Positions 1-8,446 of a stretch of 64,000 bases of DNA are shown here, in pieces. Location: assembly GCA_905235375.1 (NCBI GenBank), contig CAJOLH010000003.1, positions 85,268 to 149,267 on the forward strand, in the 5' to 3' direction. The stretch comes from an uncultured Bacteroidales bacterium (lineage in GTDB: Bacteria; Bacteroidota; Bacteroidia; Bacteroidales; UBA3663). The translations under genes were made by a program, and so were the position numbers. Position 1 is the stretch's first letter. Each line of letters opens with the position of its first letter. The notes under the pieces were generated by a model. It had not been told where the DNA came from. It saw nothing but the letters and a program-made list of their open reading frames with translations, and ran no database searches.

Positions 1-861
1 CCTACTGCCGACGACGTGAAAGCAAATGCGATACCCGTACTCAACGATGTTTGGGGCATCCTGGCCCGTGGCATCTATAACTGCCCCGTAGGCAACAACC
101 AGCAGGGGCCTCACGAGTCAATCTTCTGCTCGCGTCCTTCGCTCGACTGCTTCCAGTCCTCTTCATGGAGCAAGATGACTAATTACTACGACCCGACCTC
201 AACAGAACAGGCAGCCCGTCGTATGCTCTCAGTAGCAGACCAGATGAAAGGCAACAACAACTTCGAATACGACCTTGTCGATCTGGTGCGTCAAGCCATT
301 GCCGACCGTGCCCGCATCGTCTATAACTATGCCGTCGCTGATTTCAAGAGTTTCGACAAGAAGAGCTTCAAGAACCACACCGAGGAGTTCCTCCGTCTCC
401 TGCTGTTGCAGGACAAATTACTCGGCACACGTTCGGAGTTCCGCGTAGGACATTGGACCGAACAAGCCCGCAGCCGTGGCACCAATCAAGCCGAAAAGAA
501 TCAATATGAATGGAACGCGCGCGTACAAATCACTACATGGGGCAACGAATACTGCGCCAATACGGGAGGCCTTCGTGACTATGCCCACAAGGAATGGCAG
601 GGCATCCTCAAGGACTTCTACTATCCTCGTTGGGTGAAATACTTCCAGGTGCTGCAAGACGAACTGGATGGCAAGCTTCCCGTCCTCCCTGTCGGCAATT
701 CCTCGTGGCTCAAGAACAGCCAAGACAATCCTGCACTGACCATCAACTGGTACACCGTCGAAGAACCCTGGACGCTCGACCACACGCCCTATCGCGCTGC
801 TCCCGAAGGCGATCCCGTCGAAACAGCGAAGGAAGTATTCGGCAAGGCTTTCGCCAAGTGA
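1..861 (+). CDS. alpha-N-acetylglucosaminidase (GH89 / NAGLU-like), C-terminal part; the gene starts upstream of the window
   Basis: The frame is open from base 1. The translation (FEYDLVDLVRQA...WTEQARS...YEWNARVQITTWG...LRDYAHKEWQGILKDFYYPRW) matches the conserved C-terminal helical domain of NAGLU-type enzymes. Confidence 0.85.
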   Translation, partial: PTADDVKANAIPVLNDVWGILARGIYNCPVGNNQQGPHESIFCSRPSLDCFQSSSWSKMTNYYDPTSTEQAARRMLSVADQMKGNNNFEYDLVDLVRQAIADRARIVYNYAVADFKSFDKKSFKNHTEEFLRLLLLQDKLLGTRSEFRVGHWTEQARSRGTNQAEKNQYEWNARVQITTWGNEYCANTGGLRDYAHKEWQGILKDFYYPRWVKYFQVLQDELDGKLPVLPVGNSSWLKNSQDNPALTINWYTVEEPWTLDHTPYRAAPEGDPVETAKEVFGKAFAK

Positions 862-885
862 TACGCTTCTAATTGGAGTTTATTT

Positions 886-965
886 CGCAATTACGGTATA
901 ACGATAAAACGGAATAACGGTATTACGGAATAACGGAAAAATGGCATAACGTCATAACGATAAAC
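886..965. repeat. About 10 tandem 8-bp units (CGNNATWA type, e.g. CGGAATAA, CGGTATTA) ending 4 nt before the GH92 ATG
   Basis: Direct reading shows CG dinucleotides at 886, 894, 902, 910, 918, 926, 934, 950 and 958 (the unit at 942 reads TG), a strict 8-nt period. Confidence 0.7.
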
Positions 966-969
966 AATT

Positions 970-3312
970 ATGAAAACACTGCTTTCCCTGCTGCTGCTCC
1001 TTCTCACAACTGTTGCCAATGCTTGGGATCGAGAGCCTGCTATGGGCACCTACGTTGATCCAAGAATCGGCTCGGAAGGACTGGGACGCGTTGTAGTGGG
1101 TCCATCCTGCCCCTTCGGCATGGTCAAGCCCTCGCCCGACTGCACGGTCAGGCCCAACAGTGGCTGGCTGCCGATGCCTGCGCTTGTCAATGGCTTCAGT
1201 CAGACGCACGTCAGCGGCACAGGCGGCGGTCCCAAGTACGGTAACGTGCTCATCCAACCCTTCTGTTCGGGTATGGATCGCATCAGTCATCCGACATTGC
1301 GCAAAGACGAGGACATACGTCTGGCTTATTATGGTACTACGTTCGAGAACGGCATCCAGGTCGAGGCAACAACTGCGGAACGCGCTTCGCAATACCGCAT
1401 AACCTATTCTTCCGACTCGATGCAATGCCTGCTCATCGACGCAGGTTGGTTCCTCGGTGAACAGAACAAGCCCGATGCCCGCGAGGCGCAGAACTTTGTG
1501 GGTTCACAAATCCAAATAGTCAGCGAAACTGAAGTCCAAGGCTATACCCGCATTCGTGCTGGATGGAACGAAGGACGTGCCTACACGGTATATTTCTCAG
1601 CACAATTCGATAGACCAATTTCACAGTTCAAGACGTGGTCGGCCCCTGCTGCAGAATATGCCGACCAGATGGATGAGGAGACGCGCAATACCGTCATCAG
1701 CGATGCTCCTTATCAGGTGGATAACCAGCGCAAGACAGGAGCATTGCTATGCTTCAATCCATCAGAAGCAACGTCTGCACAAAGCAGTAGTTCTGGGCAG
1801 ACGAAACTCAACGTGAAGATTGGCATCAGTTTCATCAGCGAACTGAAAGCCCGTCAGAATGTGAAAGAGCAGATTCCTCATTGGGACTTCGACCAGACAC
1901 GTCAAGCCTGCATCGACAAGTGGGAGGCATTGCTGAGTAAGATTGAAATCGGCAACACTTCGAAAAAGGCTCTACCTGTATCCAATTCCCAACGTCGCCA
2001 GTTCTACACCGCCATCTATCATACCCTGCTCGAACCTGTCGATCGCACAGGAGAAAACCCGCTGTGGAGTGACCCAGGCGTTCCCTATTACGATGACTTC
2101 TACGCAATTTGGGACACCTATCGCACCTCGTCACCCCTCATCACCCTGCTCGACCCACAGCGCGAGACCGACATCATCAACTCCCTCCTCAATATCTGCC
2201 ATCGCGACGGCTACATGCCCGATGCACGCAGCGGCAACTGCAATGGTCGCACACAGGGCGGCAGCAATGCCGAGATTGTCATTGCTGATGCTTACGCCAA
2301 AGGGTTCACTGGCATCGATTGGGAGGATGCCTTGAAATGTATGCTCGTGGATGCCACTGTTCCTCCCGGAGGTGACCAAGAAGCCGAAGGTCGAGGCGGT
2401 CTTGTCGAATATCTCCGCTACGGATACATCCCCTACGGTATAGACCGCGCTGGCAACCGCACCGTCGAATATGCCTTCTGCGACTGGGCCATCGCACAAG
2501 TGGCAAAGGGGCTGGGCTACAACAGCATCTACGAGCAGTACATGAAGCAGTCGGAATACTGGAAGAACCTCTGGCGCGCCGACTACGAACACGCAGGCGT
2601 CCGTGGATTCATCATGCCACGTTCGGCCGAAGGCGAATGGCTCGACGAAGTACCGTTCGGACACTCCAAGAAGCAACGTCCCACATTCCTCTATACTCCC
2701 GTCACGGCTGAGAGTCCATGGTACACCCCGTGGTGGGGAACCTTCATGTACGAAGCCACCTCGTGGGAATATTCGCTCAGCATTCCGCACGACGTGCCCG
2801 GCCTCATCGAGCAATGCGGAGGTCCCGAACTGTTCCGCCAGCGCCTCGACACCTTCTTCGACGAAGGTTTCTACAATGTCAACAACGAGCCTTCGTTCCT
2901 CACCCCTTGTCTCTACCACTGGATAGGACGGCCCGACCTGACGGGAGAGCGTGTACGTCAAATCATCACCGAGAACTTCAACGACTCTCCACTCGGCCTT
3001 CCCGGCAACGATGATTCGGGTGCAATGTCCTCCTGGCTCGTTTTCCATTACATGGGGCTCTATCCGAACGCAGGCACCGACTACTATCTGCTCCATGCCC
3101 CGCTCCTGCCCTCCACGACCATTCATCTGAGCAACGGCAAGGATTTCACCATCGTCGCTCCCCGTCTTTCCGACAAGCGCCGCTACGTCCAGTCCGTAAA
3201 ACTCAATGGCGTAAATTACCCTTCTTCCTTCCTCTCCCACACCCAACTGATGGAAGGCGGTGTCCTGGAGTTCATCATGAGTGACAAACCCGGCGACTGG
3301 GGAACTAAATAA
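970..3312 (+). CDS. GH92 alpha-mannosidase, secreted
   Basis: 780-aa ORF with an N-terminal signal peptide. Carries the family-typical C-terminal block GNDDSGAMSSWLVFHYMGLYP and the GTGGGPKYG motif. Confidence 0.9.
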   Translation: MKTLLSLLLLLLTTVANAWDREPAMGTYVDPRIGSEGLGRVVVGPSCPFGMVKPSPDCTVRPNSGWLPMPALVNGFSQTHVSGTGGGPKYGNVLIQPFCSGMDRISHPTLRKDEDIRLAYYGTTFENGIQVEATTAERASQYRITYSSDSMQCLLIDAGWFLGEQNKPDAREAQNFVGSQIQIVSETEVQGYTRIRAGWNEGRAYTVYFSAQFDRPISQFKTWSAPAAEYADQMDEETRNTVISDAPYQVDNQRKTGALLCFNPSEATSAQSSSSGQTKLNVKIGISFISELKARQNVKEQIPHWDFDQTRQACIDKWEALLSKIEIGNTSKKALPVSNSQRRQFYTAIYHTLLEPVDRTGENPLWSDPGVPYYDDFYAIWDTYRTSSPLITLLDPQRETDIINSLLNICHRDGYMPDARSGNCNGRTQGGSNAEIVIADAYAKGFTGIDWEDALKCMLVDATVPPGGDQEAEGRGGLVEYLRYGYIPYGIDRAGNRTVEYAFCDWAIAQVAKGLGYNSIYEQYMKQSEYWKNLWRADYEHAGVRGFIMPRSAEGEWLDEVPFGHSKKQRPTFLYTPVTAESPWYTPWWGTFMYEATSWEYSLSIPHDVPGLIEQCGGPELFRQRLDTFFDEGFYNVNNEPSFLTPCLYHWIGRPDLTGERVRQIITENFNDSPLGLPGNDDSGAMSSWLVFHYMGLYPNAGTDYYLLHAPLLPSTTIHLSNGKDFTIVAPRLSDKRRYVQSVKLNGVNYPSSFLSHTQLMEGGVLEFIMSDKPGDWGTK

Positions 3313-3433
3313 CCAATCCAACACGAATTATCATGAATTTACATGAATTACTTAGAAAGATGTGTCATATACAAATATACTAATGAAAAATTTACGTTAA
3401 TTCGCGATAATTCGTGTTAAAAAAAAATAGATT

Positions 3434-3991
3434 ATGTTGAAGTGCATCATCCTCTATATGCTTTGCGTCTTTCTGGCATTTCCCGTTGTTGCTCTCAAGG
3501 CGCAAGCGAAGATTCCTGTCAAGAAGGCAAAGATTACGTTCGAACTGCATCGTCAATACCGAACATTCGACCTGACCTTTGCCGAGAAAGGCGATTCCCT
3601 GTCACTCCATTGGAGCATTACGCAGGACCTCAAGGAACGACACGGCAGTTATACGATGACACAAAAGTCCCGTCAGCATGCCTCGCAACTATGCTATGTG
3701 CAGCCCAATCACGGCCAGCATCTCACCCTGCCCGGCAGTCAAGCATTCTGCATGGCCTCAGCGGATATCATCAACGCTTTGCGCGAAGAATCTTCCGACA
3801 CCAAGCAGGTCATCTTCAACAAGACCTACTTCACCCTGCTCGACCGTGACGAGAAGTTCCGTGGCTTCCCGCTCTTCCACCTCAAGGATTACGAAGAGGG
3901 TGCAGAGATGTGGATCCTCGATGACCCCCAATTCCCCCTCATCGTCAAGATGCTCAACAATCCTGTCGAAATTAACTGGACAATTGAATAA
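3434..3991 (+). CDS. Hypothetical secreted protein (185 aa)
   Basis: Hydrophobic N-terminal signal. The stop overlaps the next ATG by 1 nt, suggesting translational coupling. I recognise no family. Confidence 0.5.
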   Translation: MLKCIILYMLCVFLAFPVVALKAQAKIPVKKAKITFELHRQYRTFDLTFAEKGDSLSLHWSITQDLKERHGSYTMTQKSRQHASQLCYVQPNHGQHLTLPGSQAFCMASADIINALREESSDTKQVIFNKTYFTLLDRDEKFRGFPLFHLKDYEEGAEMWILDDPQFPLIVKMLNNPVEINWTIE

Positions 3992-5079
3992 TGAAACAAC
4001 GCCTTTTATCCCTCGATGTCTTGCGCGGCCTGACAGTGGCAAGCATGATTCTGGTCAACAACGGCTGGGAGCATGATTCGTTCGAATGCCTGAACCATGC
4101 CAAGTGGAATGGGCTATCAATGAGCGACCTTGTGTTCCCCTTCTTCCTATTCATGGTAGGTGTATCAATCTATATTTCCATGAGCCGCCATGCTGGTGAA
4201 TCTGGGCTTATCCGCAAGATCCTGAAACGCACATTGCTGTTGTTTGTCATTGGTGTTGCACTCCATGCCTGGGATATGCTTATCTGGGGCGATGGTGCCG
4301 ACATTCCGTCTCGTCTGCGTTTCTGGGGTGTGTTGCAGCGAATTGCCCTCAGCTATTGTTTTGCCGCTCTGTTCTTCCACCTTGCGAAAGGACGTTACCT
4401 GTGGCATGCCATCGTCACGCTGCTCGTCGTTTACACCATCATCCTCATCGCTGGCAATGGCTACGCTGAGGATCCCGAACAAAACCTGCTGGCGCGCATC
4501 GACCGCAATCTCTTTGGCCAGCACATCTATCAGAAAGTTCTCGTTGGGCGCACGCCTGTCGATCCCGAAGGCCTCGTCGGTGTGATAGCTGGTGTGGCTC
4601 ATACCCTGCTCGGTGTGGTTTGCGGGCGCGCCATCATGACAGGGCGTGACACCAAAGAGCGCATCATGCAGCTGCTTGTCATCGCCGTCTCAATCGGACT
4701 GACAGGTTATATGCTCAGCTATGCCTTGCCGCTCAATAAGCGCATCTGGTCACCCTCCTTCACGCTGGTGACCTGCGGAATGGCAGCCAGCCTGCTCGGC
4801 ATCCTCACCTACGTCATCGACCTGCAAGGGCACAACCACTGGTGCCGCATCTTCCAGCAGTTCGGAATGAACGCACTCTTCATCTACATTGTCAGCGAAA
4901 TGCTGCCTTCGGTGCTGGGTGTTACCGGCATCAGCGAGGCTATCCACAACTTCTGGATTGCCATTTTCGGCAACGAACTCCTTCAGTATGCCAGTCTGTC
5001 CTATGCACTCACCATCGTTTCCGTCATGGCGCTACTGGCATGGTTGTTAGACAAATATAAAATCTACATAAAGATATGA
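3991..5079 (+). CDS. Heparan-alpha-glucosaminide N-acetyltransferase-like membrane protein (DUF5009/DUF1624 type)
   Basis: Polytopic membrane protein. Its N-terminus (RLLSLDVLRGLTVASMILVNNG) resembles the HGSNAT signature RxxSxDxxRGxxxxxMxxVN. Confidence 0.75.
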   Translation: MKQRLLSLDVLRGLTVASMILVNNGWEHDSFECLNHAKWNGLSMSDLVFPFFLFMVGVSIYISMSRHAGESGLIRKILKRTLLLFVIGVALHAWDMLIWGDGADIPSRLRFWGVLQRIALSYCFAALFFHLAKGRYLWHAIVTLLVVYTIILIAGNGYAEDPEQNLLARIDRNLFGQHIYQKVLVGRTPVDPEGLVGVIAGVAHTLLGVVCGRAIMTGRDTKERIMQLLVIAVSIGLTGYMLSYALPLNKRIWSPSFTLVTCGMAASLLGILTYVIDLQGHNHWCRIFQQFGMNALFIYIVSEMLPSVLGVTGISEAIHNFWIAIFGNELLQYASLSYALTIVSVMALLAWLLDKYKIYIKI

Positions 5080-6503
5080 CACACACAACTTCCCGTTCAC
5101 TGACCAAGGGCATTTGCAGCGTATTCGCCGCTTGTTCAGCCGCCCTTCTCCTCATCGCTTGCAACCAAACTTCCAACAATGGCGATGGCACCACCTACAA
5201 CGTGCTCAACTTCGGAGCCAAGGGCGATGGCATTACCGATGACGCTGCTGCTATCCAGAAAGCCATCGATGCTTGTTCAGCCCAAGGTGGCGGACAAGTG
5301 ATTTTCCCTGCTGGTCACACGTTCCTGAGCGGTCCTGTCGAACTCAAGTCCAACGTCGATTACCACCTCGAACCGAATGCCACTTGGTTGGCCAATCCCG
5401 ACGAGAGCATCTACAAACTGAGCGCCTTCAAGGAGAACGAGGGAGAAGGCATGATGTGGATATGGACACAAGACACCGAGAATATCTCCATCACCGGCCA
5501 GGGCACCATCGACGGCAACGGCATCAGCTTCATGGGCGAAGAACTGCTCGACAGCTACGAACTTAAACCTGTCGATAAGTTTGACCCACGTCCGCACGTG
5601 CTCACCCTCATTGGTGTCAAAAAGCTTCAGATTCGCGATGTCACCATCCGCAACGGTGCCTACTGGACCGTCCATCTTATCGGTTGCTACGATGCCTCTA
5701 TCATCGGTATCTCGCTGCTCAACAACCTCAAGATTCGCAATGGCGACGGCATCGACATCGACCACTCAAAGAAAGTGCGCATCGCCGACTGCTACATCAC
5801 TTCGGGCGATGACTGCATCTGCCTCAAGAACCGCCGCGAATGGGAGGAATATGGTCCCTGCAAGGACATTGTCGTTACCAACTGCGTCATGACAGGCCGC
5901 TCCTGTGCCATCAAGATTGGTTCGGAAAACATGGACAGCATCAGCGACGTACTTGTCCAAAACTGCGTCATCAAAGCTTCGAACCGTGGCATCGGCATCC
6001 AGAACCGCGACGAAGGCACCGTGACCAACGTCGTATTCGACAACCTCATCGTCGAGGGCTACTATTTCAGCGATGTCTGGTGGGGCAAGGCAGAGCCTAT
6101 CTATGTCACTTCCTATCCCCGCGCTTCGAGCAATCATAAGGACGGCAACTGGCGCTTCCCCAAGGGCAAGACCGAAGGCGAATGTGGTGAAGTCAGCGAC
6201 ATCTGGTTCCGCAACGTGGTCTGCACCTCCGAGAATGGCTCATTCATCGGTGGAGATGTTCCTGGCAAGGTTCACGACATCCACATCGTCGATAGTCAGT
6301 TCACCCTCGGCAAGGTGACCGATTATCCCGGTGGACAATACGACAAGCGCCCCTGTCAGGGCGAAGGCTTCGTCAACGGGCCCACTTACGGTTTCTATGT
6401 CGAAAATACTTCGAACATCGAAATCCGCAACTGCACCGTCAAGCAGGGTGCCGTGCCCATCAACAACTATGGCGGCGTACAGAAGTTTGTCAATGTGAAG
6501 TAG
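5076..6503 (+). CDS. GH28-like glycoside hydrolase (pectate-lyase-fold beta-helix), lipoprotein
   Basis: ATGA overlap with the upstream gene. Lipobox LLIAC. YNVLNFGAKGDGITDDAAAIQKAIDAC...GGGQVIFPAG is the typical N-terminus of GH28 / pectate lyase superfamily proteins. Confidence 0.8.
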   Translation: MTHTTSRSLTKGICSVFAACSAALLLIACNQTSNNGDGTTYNVLNFGAKGDGITDDAAAIQKAIDACSAQGGGQVIFPAGHTFLSGPVELKSNVDYHLEPNATWLANPDESIYKLSAFKENEGEGMMWIWTQDTENISITGQGTIDGNGISFMGEELLDSYELKPVDKFDPRPHVLTLIGVKKLQIRDVTIRNGAYWTVHLIGCYDASIIGISLLNNLKIRNGDGIDIDHSKKVRIADCYITSGDDCICLKNRREWEEYGPCKDIVVTNCVMTGRSCAIKIGSENMDSISDVLVQNCVIKASNRGIGIQNRDEGTVTNVVFDNLIVEGYYFSDVWWGKAEPIYVTSYPRASSNHKDGNWRFPKGKTEGECGEVSDIWFRNVVCTSENGSFIGGDVPGKVHDIHIVDSQFTLGKVTDYPGGQYDKRPCQGEGFVNGPTYGFYVENTSNIEIRNCTVKQGAVPINNYGGVQKFVNVK

Positions 6504-6560
6504 AAGATGTAATTCCGTTTCGCTGTTTTCGTTGTTTTCGGAATTAAAATAATAATCGTG

Positions 6561-8096
6561 ATGAAAATAATCAACCGCTCCATCCTTTTCGTGCTTGCTT
6601 TGGGCAGCCTGCTCCTGATGTCTTCATGTCGTCGGGCAGGTTCGACCAATGCCAAGGTGACGTACGATTATCCCGCAACCCTCACCGAAGCGCAGCTCCT
6701 TGCCAATCCGAATCTTTTAGGTGGCATTTATGCGGCTTATCCTGGCGCATCCGAAGAGAGTCTTACTCCCGTTCCCTATGGCTACGAAGCCTTCTACATC
6801 AGCCACTACAATCGTCACGGCTCGCGTTACCAGCCCAACGACAGCCGTTATGCCAACACGCTGAAGCGGCTTCAGGACGGACATCAGCGCGGCGTACTCA
6901 CCGAATATGGCGAATCGCTCCTCCCTCGCATCCAGCTGCTATGCGACTCCTGCTTAGGGCATGGAGGGCAGCTCAGTTCAGTGGGTGTGGAACAACTCGT
7001 CGGCATCGGAGCACGAATGGGGCGCAATTTCCGCGAAGTCTTTGCCCAGACCATACCCGAAGACAAAACTGCTCCCGAGACAAAACGCCGCAAATTCGTC
7101 AGTGCTCGCGCCAGTGTCGTGCCACGTTGTGGAGCCTCGATGCGCGCTTTCTGTGCAGGTTTGGAATCGACTTACTTCGATTGTTTCCCTGCCCTTGAAC
7201 CCAATGCCGTAGTCAAGACCGACAGCGCTGATATGGCCTACATTGCTTACGACAGTCCCGAAATGAAAGCACTCAGCAGCCGAAATGCCTCCTGGCAGCA
7301 AGATTATGACAAATTCAAGGTGGAGCACGTCAATCGCGACCGTTTCATCCAGGCCATCTTCAAGGATGCTACAGGTGTCGATACCTTGAACATGGCAATC
7401 GACCTCTACTGGCTCGTCGTGGGTATGCAGGATGTCGATGTGCCGGGGTGTGACCTGAGCGATGTCTTCACGCCCGAGGAACTTCTTCAGTGCTACCAAT
7501 GCGTCAACTACCGCATGTATATCTGCAATGCCAACTGCCCCCGCAGCAACAACATTCCAGCCCAAAGTGCCTCTACCCTATTGAGGAATATCATCGAAAG
7601 CGCCGATGCCGCCATCGCCACCGATACCATCGCCGCGCATCTTCGCTTCGGTCACGACAGCAACCTCCTGCGCCTCCTCGCCCTGATGCACATCCACAAT
7701 GCCGCCAACAGCGAAAGCGATCCCTCAAAGTATTGGCAGGCATGGCAGGAATGTACCCTATCCCCAATGGCCGCGAATGTGCAACTCATCTTCTATCGCC
7801 CCTCAAACCCCTCAAACCCCTCAAACCCCTCAAACCTCTCAAACCCCTCAAACCCCTCAAACCTCTCAAACCCTTCAAACCCCTCAAGCCCTTCAAACCC
7901 TTCAAACCTCTCACCCCCCTCCACCCCTTCCCCCATCCTCGTCCGAATCCTCCTCAACGAACACGAGACCTTACTTGATGCCGACCTCCAGCCCACCGAT
8001 GGCTGTTTCTACCGATGGTCAGACCTCCGTTCCTTCTGGTCCACACAGATTGTGGATAACGGAGCAGATGGGATCGGAACGGTGAACATTCAGTAA
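6561..8096 (+). CDS. Histidine acid phosphatase (branch 2, MINPP-like), lipoprotein, carrying a PSN-repeat insertion
   Basis: RHGSRY catalytic motif and a downstream HD motif (RFGHDSNLL). Lipobox LLLMSSC. The ATG at 6561 was preferred to the GTG at 6558. Confidence 0.75.
   Translation: MKIINRSILFVLALGSLLLMSSCRRAGSTNAKVTYDYPATLTEAQLLANPNLLGGIYAAYPGASEESLTPVPYGYEAFYISHYNRHGSRYQPNDSRYANTLKRLQDGHQRGVLTEYGESLLPRIQLLCDSCLGHGGQLSSVGVEQLVGIGARMGRNFREVFAQTIPEDKTAPETKRRKFVSARASVVPRCGASMRAFCAGLESTYFDCFPALEPNAVVKTDSADMAYIAYDSPEMKALSSRNASWQQDYDKFKVEHVNRDRFIQAIFKDATGVDTLNMAIDLYWLVVGMQDVDVPGCDLSDVFTPEELLQCYQCVNYRMYICNANCPRSNNIPAQSASTLLRNIIESADAAIATDTIAAHLRFGHDSNLLRLLALMHIHNAANSESDPSKYWQAWQECTLSPMAANVQLIFYRPSNPSNPSNPSNLSNPSNPSNLSNPSNPSSPSNPSNLSPPSTPSPILVRILLNEHETLLDADLQPTDGCFYRWSDLRSFWSTQIVDNGADGIGTVNIQ
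7799..7917 (+). repeat. About 13 tandem 9-bp units (YYTCAAACC) in-frame in the phosphatase, encoding (P/L)SN repeats
   Basis: Direct reading: cccctcaaacccctcaaacc...cttcaaacctctcacccc. Translated as PSNPSNPSNPSNLSNPSNPSNLSNPSNPSSPSNPSNLSPP. Confidence 0.95.
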
Positions 8097-8200
8097 CGCT
8101 CCGCCATCGCAATCTCATCCTGTCTTGTCCTGAAACAACTTAACCATTTCCTACCTCGAAGCATAGATTAGAAAGTCCTTTCTCACTCCATCAACACAAA

Positions 8201-8236
8201 CTGAAGGCGCGGCATCGTGTGGTGCTGCGCCTTCAG
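8201..8236 (+). terminator. Stem-loop downstream of the phosphatase gene
   Basis: CTGAAGGCGC (8201-8210) pairs with GCGCCTTCAG (8227-8236), a 10-bp perfect stem with a 16-nt loop. The U-tract after it is weak (TAGTTTAT). Confidence 0.45.
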
Positions 8237-8446
8237 TAGTTTATAAACAAGAAAATATAAGAATGCCTTAGAAATGAAAAGACATGCAGACGGTGAAGGA
8301 GTGGATAAACAGTCTTCCGTTGACGATGTCGTATTGACGTCGAAGGTTGGTGAGACAAATTAATGTAGAAACATCTATTACTCTCATTTCATAAATGTAT
8401 CAACAAAAGAAATCTTGCATTGCTTAGCGAAAAAAATCTTTATCGT

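Noticed and set aside
7490-8085. Alternative-frame ORFs across the 9-bp repeat (PLKPLKP.. and PQTPQTP.., plus FEGFEG.. on the minus strand)
   Set aside because: They exist only because the repeat has no stop codon in those frames. The flanking sequence has phosphatase homology only in the annotated frame.
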